NCBI GenBank assembly: GCA_048128005.1
Contig: JBEUKZ010000060.1
Location: 62,001-126,000, forward strand
Direction: 5' to 3'
Source of the DNA: Veleropilina oligotropha
Lineage: Eukaryota
DNA: 64,000 bases
In this document: piece by piece, positions 51,180-63,367 of the stretch
Layout of the letters: every line of letters starts with the position of its first letter
Position numbering within the stretch: position 1 is the stretch's first letter
The notes under the pieces: model-generated
Seen by the model: the letters and a program-made list of their open reading frames with translations, nothing else
What the model was told of the DNA's origin: nothing
Database searches by the model: none
Translations under genes and position numbers: made by a program

Positions 51180-52077
51180 CCGTATTGATGCGCATATAGG
51201 CGCATGCGCCTATAAGTGAACATGCGCCTATATTCGAATATAAGCGCATGCGCATATATGTGAGACACTTTATAATTTCTCCGACGAAAACCATTATTCA
51301 CATATAGGCGCACCATACATCAAAATTGACTAAAACGTTATGGTGATATTTCATTATTTTGTTATATATAGCGTTAAATGGTCATTAATTGACCTGTCAA
51401 TAAACATTTACCCATAATAACTATGAATATTTAGCTATTTTAGCATAAAAACGGTTATATATACATATGAATATCGTCAAGCGTCTGTAAGTCTATAAAT
51501 GCCATAAAAATGGATTAGTATGTACACATTAGATAAGCTATCTGTTGCTGTGTTACAATATACAGTTAGGTATAATAACTATTAAGTAACTGTAGGCCTA
51601 TATAATACTTTTAATATTACATGTGATTATTATGGATCGCCTTTATATTCGAGGAGGAATTATGCTTAATGTCCTGTATATTTATAACATCGAGGTTCAA
51701 GGCAGGACATGTCCGTGTTATCGCGGGAGGAAACCCCGGTTGCCGGGTAAACCCGCCCTCTTCGGCCAGTCACGGACAACTGTGCTTCATAACTTGAACA
51801 AATGTGTGCTGCCTCAGCCGGGGGTCGATCCCACTACTGTTCGCGTCAGCGGAAACAAGCCAGTGAATTTAGAGTGGACACTCTACCCACTGCGCTACCG
51901 AAGCGGCCCCTTTATATTCGAATATATGTCCATGCGCCTGTATGTGAATATTGGGGAGCGCCTATATTCGAACATAGGCGCATGCGCCTATATGTGAGAA
52001 TTTTTATTTTTTCAATGATCAAGAAATATGCAATAATTCGCGTATTGGCGCATGCGCTTATATGCGCATCAATACGG
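51180..52077. mobile_element. Tc1/pogo-type MITE
   Basis: TA on both sides; TIR CCGTATTGATGCGCATATA(G/A)GCGCATGCGCC. Confidence 0.85.
51653..51908 (-). mobile_element. tRNA-derived SINE inside the MITE
   Basis: TSD CCTTTATATTCGA. Confidence 0.9.
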
Positions 52078-52195
52078 TACGTCCGGAATAAAAGCCGTTA
52101 AATTTTATTTTTCAAAATGCCTCCATATCTATATTTTCTTAGAATGAGTTATTCTCCATTCATGCCAAATTTCATGCTTAACACAAAGTGCACAA

Positions 52196-55045
52196 TTTTT
52201 GTCCCGCCTGCGGAGCAGAAGCGGGACATAGGTATAGCTTTTCCGGCGGCGGCGGCGTCGTCGTCGTCGGCGTCGTCGTCGTCAACAATTGTTAAGATTT
52301 GTGTTTAGCTCTGTTTCTGACAAAGTGTAAGTGCTAGGTCCATCATATTTGCACAGCATCTGTATTACAGTGTACCCATTACATATATGGATGCTGTCCT
52401 CGTGATTTTTACCTATTTTTTACGTGCAAATGTCTTTGGTATTTTTCACCATTTTCAATGTTAAGTTTACCGTTTAGCTCATTTTCTGGAATACTACAAG
52501 TCTTATGATCACCAAAATTGGACAACATCTTTGTTATAAATAGACTGCCCATTAAATATAGGTGCTGATATTGCGACCTTGACCTACGTTTTTTACGTGC
52601 AAATGACTTCGGTATTTTTCACCATTTTCAACGTTAAGTTTAGCGTTTAGCTCAGTTTCTGGAATACTAAAAGTCCTATGATCACCAAAATTGGACAACA
52701 ACTTTGTTATAGAGTGCCCATTACATATCGGTGCTGCCAGCGCGACCTTGACCTACGTTTTACGTGCAAATGACTTCGGTATTTTGCAACGTTAAGTTTT
52801 GCGTTTAGGTCAGTTTTTGGAATACTACAAGTCCTATGATCACCAAACTTGGACAACGCTTTCTGTCTGCCACCAGAAAGAAGCTTCAAAGCCAAGCCTT
52901 TTAATATCTTTTTATTGTCCCGCCTGCGGAGCAGAAGCGGGACATAGGTATAGCTGTTCCGGCGTCAGCGTCAACAATTGTTACGATTTGTGTTTAGCTC
53001 TATTTCTGACAAAGTGTAAATGCTAGGTTCATCATATTTGTACAGCATCTTTATTACAGTGCACCCATTACATATGGATGCTGCCCTCATGACCTTGATC
53101 TACTTTGTACGCGCAAATGACTTCGGTATTTTTCACCATTTTCAACGTTAAGTTTAGCGTTTAACTCAGTTTCTGGAATACTACAAGTCCTATGATCACC
53201 AAAATTGGACAACATCATTGTTATAGAGTGCCCATTAAACATCGGTGCTGCTCTTGTGACCTTGACCTACGTTTTATGTGCACATGCCTTCGGTATTTCC
53301 CATCATTTTCAATGTTAAGTTTAGCGTTTAGCTCAGTTTCTGGAATACTACAAGTCCTATGATCACCAAAATTGGACAACAACTTTGTTATAGATTGCCC
53401 ATTACATATCGATGCTGCCATCGTGACCTTGACCTACGTTTTACGCACAAATAACATCGGTATATCGGGATATTGTTGTTGCTCTGTGCGTCCGTCTGTC
53501 CGTCAACAAATGGTTTCGTTATTTTTCAACATTAAGGTTTGCGTTTTGCTCAGTGTCTGGAATACTACAAGTCCTATGATCGCCAACTTGGACAACAGTA
53601 TCTGTCTGCCGCCTGAAGGAAGCGGGATATTGTTGTTGCTCTGTCCGTCCATTTGTCGGTAAACATATCAGTGCTGCCCTCGCGACATTGACCTACTTTT
53701 ATGCGCAAATGTCTTCTGTATTTTTGTCCCGCCTGCTGGGCAGAAGCGGGACATAGGTATAGCTTTTCCGGCGTCGTCGTCAACAATTGTTAAGATTTGT
53801 GTTTAGCTCTGTTTCTGACAAAGTGTAAGTGCTAGGTTCATCATATTTGGACAGCATCTTTATTACAGTGTACCCATTACATATGGTTGCTGTCCTCGTG
53901 ATCTTTACCTATTTTTTACGTGCAAATGTCTTTGGTATTTTTCACCATTTTCAATGTTAAGTTTACCGTTTAGCTCATTTTCTGGAATACTACAAGTCCT
54001 ATGATCACCAAAATTGGACAACATCTTTGTTATAGACTGCCCATTAAAAATAGGTGCTGATATTGCGACCTTGACCTACGTTTTTACGCGCACATGACTT
54101 CGGTATTTTCCACCAATTTCCACGTTAAGTTTAGAGTTTAGCTCAGTGTCCAGAGTATGAAAAGTCCTATGATCACCAAACTTGGACAACACTTTCTGTC
54201 CATCGGCTGAAAAAGCTGGGATAATTGTTGTTGCTCTGTCCGTCCGTCCGTTTATCCGTAAACAATTTGGTTAAATTTTGGTATTGATTGTATTTATGCT
54301 TGTATAATTATTAAGAAATTTGGGGCATATGTAATTATATATCCTTTGATGTGGGTTATATGTACCTTACCTCATACTCTCATAGCGATATTGAATAAAA
54401 TTTAATATAATTATTGCATAAAAATAGGTGTTTTTTGACATAGAAATTGTTGATTCCTTTTGTTTATTTAATTATGTAAGTATTATGTGTGTAGGTGAAT
54501 AGGACATGATTGTGCTTATCTGTAAGACTTGCTCACTGCCAATAGGCACAGTAAGCTGTTAAGCTTAATGGTCACTCTGTGGAGCTGGGATTCTCAAAAT
54601 CAGATGCATTTTGAAAACTGGCTTCCCCATTGGTTTATTCCATGGGTATCTTGAGATGGCGGTATATTTGGCCATTACAAGAACAGACTGTATCCAGTGT
54701 CTAATATCACAGACTCCTCATCTGGTCAAGGTTCAAATCATTGTATCCTCAGTCAATAATCTTGGATACTATGGATTAGTCATTATATCGCTGCTGCAAA
54801 TATTTTTAATATTGAGTACATGTATACACACGTAATATGATAATAAGATTTTGTTTTCTGGTGTCGGCGGCATCAACAATTGTTAAGATTTGTGTTTAGC
54901 TCTGTTTCTGACAAAGTGTAAGTGCCTAAGGTTCATCATATTTGGACAGCATCTTTATTACAGTGTAGCTATTACATACGGATGCTGCCCTCGTGAACTT
55001 GACCTACTTTTTACGTGCAAATGACTTTGGTATTTTTCACGATAT
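52196..55045 (+). repeat. Cluster of HINE family E copies with ~165 bp units
   Basis: Head TGTCCCGCCTGC..GCAGAAGCGGGACATAGGTATAGC recurs at ~52200, ~52916 and ~53725, with a partial copy at ~54860; unit GGAATACTACAAGTCCTATGATCACCAAA. Confidence 0.85.
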
Positions 55046-55329
55046 TCATTTTACAGATGATATCTCTTTCCTGCACCATCAGTTCACACCTTCAAACTTC
55101 ATGTATGAAAACCTTATGAGCTAAGGGAGGTGCATACATGTTATTCTTTTAGGATTGTCTTCTATTATTAACTATATTAGGATCAGCAATTGATGTTAGG
55201 TAGTACTTTTTAGTCATTGATTTACAAACGGAAAAAGTGGCCTTTTCAGGGTTAAAGCGGGGATAGGCGGGACATATACAATTCCGCGGAATTTCTTGTT
55301 TCACTTAGCCGCTGGACAAACTGCGAGTC

Positions 55330-55660
55330 ATCCATGTCACCCCTAAGCACAAGGTCAAATGACCAGTATTTGCGTGTGAGTAACTCCATTCTGCTAAAAC
55401 TTCCATCTGCCTTCATGGATTGACTTGATAATTCATACACTTGCTTATCATCATTCATACTTCGCTTTTGTGACCCACCCATGTCAACCCTATGCCCAAG
55501 GTCAAATGACTTAGCTCTTTGGACTATGTTTGCATACTTCCCTACTGCGACTCGCCCATGCCATTAATTGTCTGTAAATAACTCCACAAAACTATCTTTG
55601 CTGCCCCTATGGTCAAGGCTGCCAATGGGGGCATTCGTGTCCGATGGACACATTTCTAGT
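55330..55660 (+). repeat. HINE family B 3' part
   Basis: Family B unit followed by the GGGGGCATTCGTGTCCGATGGACACATTTCTAGTT end. Confidence 0.75.
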
Positions 55661-55906
55661 TGATTTTGTATTGAATTACTCATTATTTTATCATATGTAT
55701 GGATAAGTGAATTTTTAAAATCACTAGGTATGCAGGCCTATATGAGGATCATATAGTTGAGCTTAAGGTTACTTGTATAGGTACTTTTAGTCATATGTAT
55801 AGCCATGGGCAAATTAGATGTGGCCAATATTTGTGGTGTTAAACCGTTATCTTCAATGTTGTTTTAACTTGCATGGTTGATGATTACTGTTGTTTTTTCA
55901 ATTTAG

Positions 55907-55970
55907 GTAAATCCTTTATATCTGGCCATACAGTTGGAGAGAAGAAAGCAGCCTACTATCTGAGACTGAG
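55907..55970 (+). CDS. per: Period-like PAS protein, exon E
   Basis: TTTTTTCAATTTAG acceptor and GAG|GTAAGA donor; phase fits exon D; GKSFISGHTVGEKKAAYYLRLR, where YYLRLR matches the PAS-A F/Y.C/A.R.R strand. Confidence 0.7.
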
Positions 55971-56544
55971 GTAAGATTCTTGAAATTTTAAACCAACAAA
56001 CGAATTTGTTATAGTGAGTACAATGTGGGCCTTTCACCAGATTCTTTTTTAGATTTATTACCGGCATATCCCACCGGAATAAGCCTTAATTAATCAGTCC
56101 ACACCAATTCCACACTGGACGCTCAGACCAGTTTTTACTCGCCATCAGTGATCTGTTGACCCACAGCATAGCATAATTTGGTCGGATATTTTTACCATAA
56201 TGGCTATTTGCACACCGGAAATTTTAATCAGATATTTGACTGGATATGTCCACTCCGTACATTAGGCTCGGACGTTATAACTTTGGCCATTACCATAAAC
56301 CCCACCAGATATTTTTTACGATAATGGCTATATCCACACCGGATATTAGGCATGGATATTATCACATCGGCCATTACCATAAAATCCCGTCGGATATTTT
56401 AATCGTAACGGCTATTTCCACACCGGATATTATGCCCATAATGGCTGCTTCCATGCACTTGTGCTCGTACATGACCACGCCGATTAGTATAACCGGATAC
56501 ACATTCATATCTGTGCACAGGATATTTAGTAATTAACCCTGAGA

Positions 56545-56814
56545 GGCCGCTTCGGCAGCGCAGTGGGTAGAGTATCCACTCTACATTCACTGGCTTGATT
56601 CCGCTAATGCGAACAGCAGTGGGTTCAATACCTGCCTGAGGCATTGAAATTTGTTCAAGTTATGAATCACAGTTGTCCGCGACTGGCCGAAGAGGGCAGG
56701 TTTACCCGGGCGACCGGGGTTTCCTCCCGCGATAACACGGACATATCCTGCCTTGAACTTCGATGTTGTAAATATACAGGACATTAAGCATATTAAATTC
56801 CTCCCCCCCCCCCC
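56545..56814 (+). mobile_element. tRNA-derived SINE, full length
   Basis: TSD AATTAACCCTGA. Confidence 0.9.
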
Positions 56815-56883
56815 AATTAACCCTGACAACACATACCAACAAATGAAGGTATATAAGGCTGAATTTTCTTGGAACCTAGGACA

Positions 56884-56926
56884 CCCCTCTGATGAAGACC
56901 CATATGTGAGTCGAAACCGGTCACGG
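56884..56926 (+). ncRNA. Minimal type I hammerhead ribozyme (Penelope type)
   Basis: CCCCT-CTGATGA-A-GACCCA-TATG-TGAGTC-GAAAC-CG-GTC-ACGG: intact CUGANGA and GAAA boxes, stem II, palindromic stem III ACCGGT and GUC triplet. Confidence 0.75.
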
Positions 56927-57105
56927 AACACATACTATTGACACACCCTCTAATGCAATCTAGCAGCTTTTCCTTGTATGAATTTGTTCTACCCCGCAAC
57001 AACAAAGTTGTCGGGGGATATAGAAATAACTTCCGTTCTTGCGTCGGTGTTTCCTTGTGTCCATGCATCCATGTGTATATCTTCTTGTTACCTTCATCCA
57101 CGTAG

Positions 57106-57229
57106 ACTGTCGAAGAGGGCGGGTTTACCCGGGCGACCGGGCTTTCCTCCCGCGATAATACGGACATGTCCTGGTTTCAACCAAATGATGGTTGGAAATA
57201 TACAGGACATTAAGCATCAATCCTTTCCT
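57106..57229 (+). mobile_element. 5'-truncated tRNA-derived SINE
   Basis: 3' half only; TSD TTCATCCACGTAG. Confidence 0.9.
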
Positions 57230-57740
57230 TTCATCCACGTAGTGGTTGGAGATATTTCAATTGAGTTGGTGTCTGTGTATAGTATGTTTGTAAGTCTGTT
57301 TGTCTGTATGCGGCTGTTTCTCGGTATCTACTTGTCAGATTTCTTTCAAGAACACCAGTAAACTTCTAACTTTTACTATTGTGTTCCTAATACCCAAAAT
57401 TATCACAATTGGATCGCTTTGTACACATGTGTGTATGTCTGTGTTCGCGGCTGTTTCTCTGTACTTCTTTTCCGATTTCCTTCAAATTTTAACACAAGAA
57501 CACCAGTCAACGTGGAAATACCAAAAATTATCCCAATCTGGATCGCTTTTTACACCCTAGTGGGTATTAGTCGTAGAGATTGCTAGCTTTCACCATTATG
57601 TTCTTTATGACCAGGAAATGCCCAAACTGTCTCAATCTGGATTTAATGACCTCATTTCCAGTTTTCGCTGTTGTGGATACACATTGAATTTCATGTCTTC
57701 GTGAAAATTAAAATTATCACATTCCTTCCATGACTATTAA

Positions 57741-57980
57741 CCCGTTCGTTGCCTGCCAAATATTTGTTGGGGTAATATTATGACGATGCTGCCATGACTT
57801 AATAGGAGACTGTTAGAAAAGCAATATATGGTTAATTATGGTCTCGGATTGAAGCTATATGTACATATGCCATCTACAACGAATTTATGCAGACATTTTA
57901 CATGCATATTTTCACAATTTATCCATTGCCTTATAAGGGGTGCTTTGTGTCACAATATTGCGACATTGGCAGGGAAAGGG
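57741..57980. mobile_element. Possible piggyBac-type MITE
   Basis: TTAA-CCC...GGG-TTAA with subterminal CCTGCCAA / TTGGCAGG. Confidence 0.5.
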
Positions 57981-59229
57981 TTAAGGGCCATTCACACCAG
58001 CCTCGTGCAGGGTTTCCGCTACGAATATATTTTTGTGTAGATTTATTTGCGGCTGTAGTTCCCTGGCTCGTAGAAAATGTATATTTTCCTCACTGTGAAA
58101 CGGCCTCTCCTGATATCTGAGAAGATAACACAGGACCACACATAACTTCATAATTGTCATCAGAACACATTTATTTAATGGCTATTATAAAGCTCTCCTT
58201 TCACTAGTCTACTGCCGAAGATCATTTCAATGTAATTTCCGGGCGACATTTTATCGACACGTGATGACGTCCTATAGAAACCTCGCATCTGCGAGTTTAT
58301 GTAATTGCATTATGTATTGCATTATTTTGGCCAAAGTCAGAATAATTTCACTTATATATTAGTAAAGCATGTGTAAATAATTTATGTATATAGTCATTTA
58401 ATAATATTCAATATGGCAAATATTCGTTCTGCCTGGATCCTTACTCGTGTAACCTCACTTTATTGGCACGTCATCTTCGGGTTATGCAAAATAGCTAGCA
58501 TTTTCTGTTTTGGCGACTCTTGATTGGTTAACTCCGCAAACTCGGGTCAAATACTGATTGCATTTTACTTTCGGCTATGTAAATGATGAGAGATTTCCCA
58601 TTTCTACAAATAGAACACTACATAGTATTCTGAGGTGGGCTTTTGCCGCTGTACCAATAGCAGACGACAGTGACCTAGATATTATACGACTCCAAGCTGG
58701 GTGTCGATTAATTAAGCAAATTTTATGAAATAAAAATACTTGTCTGTTTTTATTGATATAATTTATTCTTTGGCCTATTATATTTTATTAAAAATTAAGT
58801 CACGAAATTCATTTGGCAACAACTGTCAGAGCTTTCCAGTGACGATGTTAGTGTGTCACAGAATATCGCGTTCTGACAATCACAAAAAATATATATATAT
58901 AAACTATTTTGGGTATGTATCCCTATCCTCTTCTTTTTTGGGTATGTAGTTTTACCCGTTTACTCTCCTGGCAGAAACCCTGCCGTGCATTTTACGAGTG
59001 TCAATCTGACTTCTATCCAGAGCATCAAATATTTGGAAGGTTTTTCACACCACATGTCCGTTTAATGACTTTCCTGGGCATTCGTAACTTGATAAACATC
59101 ACGATGAGTTTCATCAGTGATATCATACATATAAATTGAATTTTTCTACTAATATGATTAAATTTCCTTTGTTATATGATCTTGATGTCTTTTCTGAGCT
59201 AGCATACATTTTGACTGCTCGGAAAACTT

Positions 59230-60490
59230 GTGCTGATTGTAAAAACGTGCCATCTGGAATTTGACAACCTCTTTGACCGCCAAATCCTTAAAATACCCAT
59301 GCATTACTGCTTTATTATTCATCCTAGAAAAGTAATTTTGGTGCCTAACCTCATATTTTGGGGGTCTAGGAATCCAATTAGCATATTTAAATTTTGGTGA
59401 AGTGATTATATACTTGTGAAATCCAAGATGGTGGTCCATATGGCCGCCAAATCCTTAAAATGCCCATTATTTGTTTATTATTCATCGTAAATAAGTACTT
59501 TTGGTGCTTAACCCAATGTTTTGGGGTCTAGGAATCCAATTAGCGTACATATTTAAATTTTAGCGAAGTGATTACATAATTCATTGTGAAATTCAATAGG
59601 GCGGTCCAATATGGCCACCAAACCCTTACTCCTTTATTGTGAAATCCAAGATGGCTGTCCAATTTGGCCACCAAAATCCTTAAAATGCTCATTACTTCTT
59701 TGTTATTCATCATAGAAAATTGATTTTAGTGCCTAACCACATGATTTGGGGGTTTAGGAATCCAGTTTTCATCTTTAGATTATAATGAAGTGATTCCATA
59801 ATTGTGAAATCCATGATGGCGGTCCAATATGGCACCAAATCCTTAAAACGCCGATTACTCCTTTATTGTGAAATCCAAGATGGCGGACCAATGTGGCCGC
59901 CATTCCTTAAAATTGTTATTACTTCTTTGTTATTCGTCCTAGAAATATAATGTGCATGCCTAACCTCATGGTTTGGGGCCTAGGAATCGAATTAGCATAT
60001 TTAGATTAGAGTGAAGTGATTGCATAATTGTGAGTGCCAAATCCTTAAAGTGCCCAATTACTTCTATATTGTGAAATCTAAGATGGTGGTCCAATGTGGC
60101 CGCCAAATCCTTAAAATGCAAAACGGGTCTATGCACTAAAATCACTTTTCTAAGATGAATAATACAGAAGCTATGAGCATTTTAAGGATTTGGCGGCCAC
60201 GTTGGACCGCCTTCTTGGTCACAATTATGTAATCACTTCGCTATAATTTAAATATGTTAATTGGATTCCTAGACATACAAAACATGAGGCTAAGGGACAC
60301 CAGTCACTTTTGTATGAAGGACAATAAAGGGGTAATGGGCGTTTAAATGATTTGGCTGCCACAATATAACTGACAGCCATTTTGAATTACACAATTAGGT
60401 AATCACTTCACTATAATTTAATTGTACTAAGGGATTGCTACACTTCTAAATCATGGGGTTAGGCACAAAAATAACTTTTTTAGGATGAAT
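59230..60490. repeat. Tandem and inverted repeat array of a non-autonomous DNA element
   Basis: Units with CCAAGATGGCGGTCCAATATGGCCGCCAAATCCTTAAAA run forward to ~60120 and in reverse orientation afterwards. Confidence 0.7.
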
Positions 60491-60507
60491 ACTTAAAAGG
60501 AGTAATA

Positions 60508-61085
60508 TCCCCTGCGAGAATTTTTAGAACTGTTCTGGAATTATCCTTGAACTGTTCTGTAACAAGTGGACTAGAACTGTCCTGGGAATGACCTGAACAG
60601 TTCCAGTACATTATTAGAACATAAATGAGACTTTTTTTCTTGAACAGTTCAGGAACCGAATGGTCTGGAACAATACTGGGACACTTGTTCTAGAACAGAT
60701 CAAGAACTGAACGTCTTGAACAAAATTAGAACATTTGTTCCAGAAACATGCGAGAACAATTCCTGTACATTTCTCTAGCTAACATTAAATGAGACTTTTT
60801 TCTGGAACAGTTCAAGAACTGAAATTCTAGAACACTGGAACACTTGTTCAAGAACTCAATGTCTAGTACAATATCAGAACATTTCTTCCAGAAACATTCG
60901 AGAACAGTTCCAGTACATTTCTCTAACATTAAATGAGACTTTTTTCTGGAACAGTTCAAGAACTGAATTTCTAGAACACTGGAACACTTGTCAAGAACAG
61001 TTCAAGAACTGAATGTCAAGTACAATATTATAACATTTGTTCCAGGATCATTATATATACAGTTCTCGAATAATTCTAGATTCGA
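60508..61085 (+). repeat. AGAAC/GTTCT-rich ~150 bp tandem array (possible CMC/EnSpm-like end)
   Basis: Starts CCCTGCGAG; repeated AAATGAGACTTTTTTCTGGAACAGTTCAAGAACTG. Confidence 0.65.
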
Positions 61086-61602
61086 AAGAGTAATCAATCA
61101 TAGCAGTTGTAGATAATATTACAGGCCTCGATAAATTCATGAACGCTCCAAAATATATACATTGAAAAATATATTCAGGAAAAACTCCTAATGACTTCAC
61201 TAAATTCCATTAATAATTTTTTCAAACATGGTCGAAACTTGTTCAAAACATGATGATAATTAAGAACATGTCGTTCTTACGTATTAAAGCATCGGTCATA
61301 ATACAATGTCAAGGCATTGAACATGATTGAACCTAATCCAAACAACATGATATTCAGATTGTGAATACAGTTACTGTAATAATATATTTCATTAATTTGG
61401 ACAATTTCAGGAATTCTAGGAGTGATGAGCAAGCATATTATTATATCCTGCCATATAAGCAAAAAAATTAGACATTAATTTGAGAATTAATGCATTTTAT
61501 GCATAGGCAATTAACACTACATATCACATTATTCTTAACATAATAATTATTGTTTTCAAAACATATTGCTTCAGGCAATGATCAAAATATTATCATGATA
61601 GT

Positions 61603-62525
61603 CAGCTCTCAAAGTTGCCATTTATTTCCACTGGCTGTTGGCTACCAACTTTTAAAATTTTAGTTGCGAATTCAAAATTTCACTAGCCAGACAAAAAAAT
61701 TCAATAGCCAATATTAAATGTCAATTTATATCAACTTATACATACAACACAACAAATGAATAAAAATAGCCATTTTGACAATTATTATGTAAATTAAAAT
61801 TTAAATAATTAAATATACAACTTGTTTCAATTGGTGGTTTTCAATATTACACATTTTTAAACTGTATTTTACATGTTTGTTCATTGATGGTTATTTTGAT
61901 ATGAAGAACGATCCACCCATAGGCTATAATAACAGTGAAAGGTATATAATTGTCTAATTTTATTTTTTTATAGTTTTTTTAATTTCACTGTCAGTGGTTT
62001 CAGTAGCCATTATGTTCACTCCAGTTTATCTTGTAGCATTCAATAATTTCCAGCACCATTAGCTCCTTTAAAGTTTAGGATCAAAGCATCTAGACCATTT
62101 AACTACAATAAGTTAATTTATATCTCTCCCTGGAGACTTGCTCTCAAAAGTGAATAGCAACCCGGCAGTGTCGTTTAATAACACGGTAAATGATTGTCCT
62201 ACAAATAATCATTGACCAAAATGCGCGATAGGCATTCTGTGTTGTTGGCTAATATGGCGGCCACTATTTACGGTTTACAACACGAGTTGAATACTACTTT
62301 GACAGTATTGCTTTTGTAATAAACAGAAGCAAGTAAAGTCATGAAACGTTGATTCAGTAACTTAATGGAAAGCCACAACACTGAAAAGTCATATAATGGC
62401 AGAATTTATGGCTGCCAATGTAATTTTAGATAGATCGCCAATTGGTGACCAGGGATTATTTATTAGTTGCCAACGATAAAAATAAGTCGCATATGTCACC
62501 AATTATTTTGAAATATTGAGGTCTG
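61603..62525. mobile_element. Non-autonomous hAT-like element with 5-bp TSD
   Basis: CAGCTCTCAA / TTGAGGTCTG imperfect TIRs; ATAGT on both flanks. Confidence 0.5.
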
Positions 62526-62719
62526 ATAGTTAACTGTCTAGATTCAACAAAGTGCTACTTAAATAATGGATGTATATGTACTAGATGTTTTCATGATTAA
62601 TATAATATGTGAATGCAATACACATAGTATTTATCTGTTTAATTCAATTCAAGTTGGTGGTCAGATTTAGTGTGCACACTATTATTGCATAGATTAAGTG
62701 ACAACAATGTGATTTATAA

Positions 62720-63367
62720 ATGATTCCAACCTACAATCCCCATAACCCGAACCTCCACAAGATCGCGTTATATCATTGGCATATCTTTGATCAGTCAGAC
62801 ACAACTCGTGATGTCTTTAAGGACAAACCGCTTATAGCATACAAGAGGAATCAAAATCTTCGTGACATCCTCATCAGAGTAGCCTTTCCTAACCCAAACA
62901 CACTCAACCGGGACACCCCACAAAGTACCCATGTAAAGTGTGAAAAATCCAACTGCAGCAAATGCATTTGGATTTCCAGGAAAACACATTTCCAGAGTTC
63001 CCACACCAAAAAACGTTTCAAGAAAAAAACGGTCGGTGACTGCAAATCAAAGAACTTAATCTATTTGATCACCTGCGGACTCTGCAAATCACAATATGTC
63101 GGCCAAACCAAACGAGAATTCAAGATGCGTCTTAGCGAACATCTCCGCTATGCCAGACTCAACAAAGATGAGCCGACTGGAGTCCATTACAACAAACCGG
63201 AACACTCATTCCGCAATATGGTATTCGACATAATCAAAATTGTAAACTGCGACCCCAGTCTCCCAGAGGCATTAACTCTGCGGAATAAACGAGAACAGTA
63301 CTGGATCTTCCAACTGCACACCTTAAAACCCGTCGGTCTAAACTGCTTCGATCTAACCGGAGACTAG
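62720..63367 (+). CDS. Penelope-like element C-terminus: Cys linker plus GIY-YIG endonuclease (5'-truncated, uninterrupted)
   Basis: TYNP, P.IAYKR..NLRDIL, C....C..C linker, NLIYLITC..C..QYVGQT.R....R..EH, RE..WI..L.TL.P.GLN. Confidence 0.92.
   Translation: MIPTYNPHNPNLHKIALYHWHIFDQSDTTRDVFKDKPLIAYKRNQNLRDILIRVAFPNPNTLNRDTPQSTHVKCEKSNCSKCIWISRKTHFQSSHTKKRFKKKTVGDCKSKNLIYLITCGLCKSQYVGQTKREFKMRLSEHLRYARLNKDEPTGVHYNKPEHSFRNMVFDIIKIVNCDPSLPEALTLRNKREQYWIFQLHTLKPVGLNCFDLTGD

Noticed and set aside
55056..55101. AG...GT exon-like segment before exon E
   Set aside because: Would end in phase 2, incompatible with exon E, and the sequence looks repeat-derived.
22279..58263. CACGTG E-boxes as clock enhancers, including those in both DIRS ITRs
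   Set aside because: Roughly ten in 64 kb is not far above chance for this composition, and most lie inside transposons.
58974..59038. Candidate next exon after CTCCTGGCAG
   Set aside because: Weak donor and no PAS/PERIOD-like motif in the translation.
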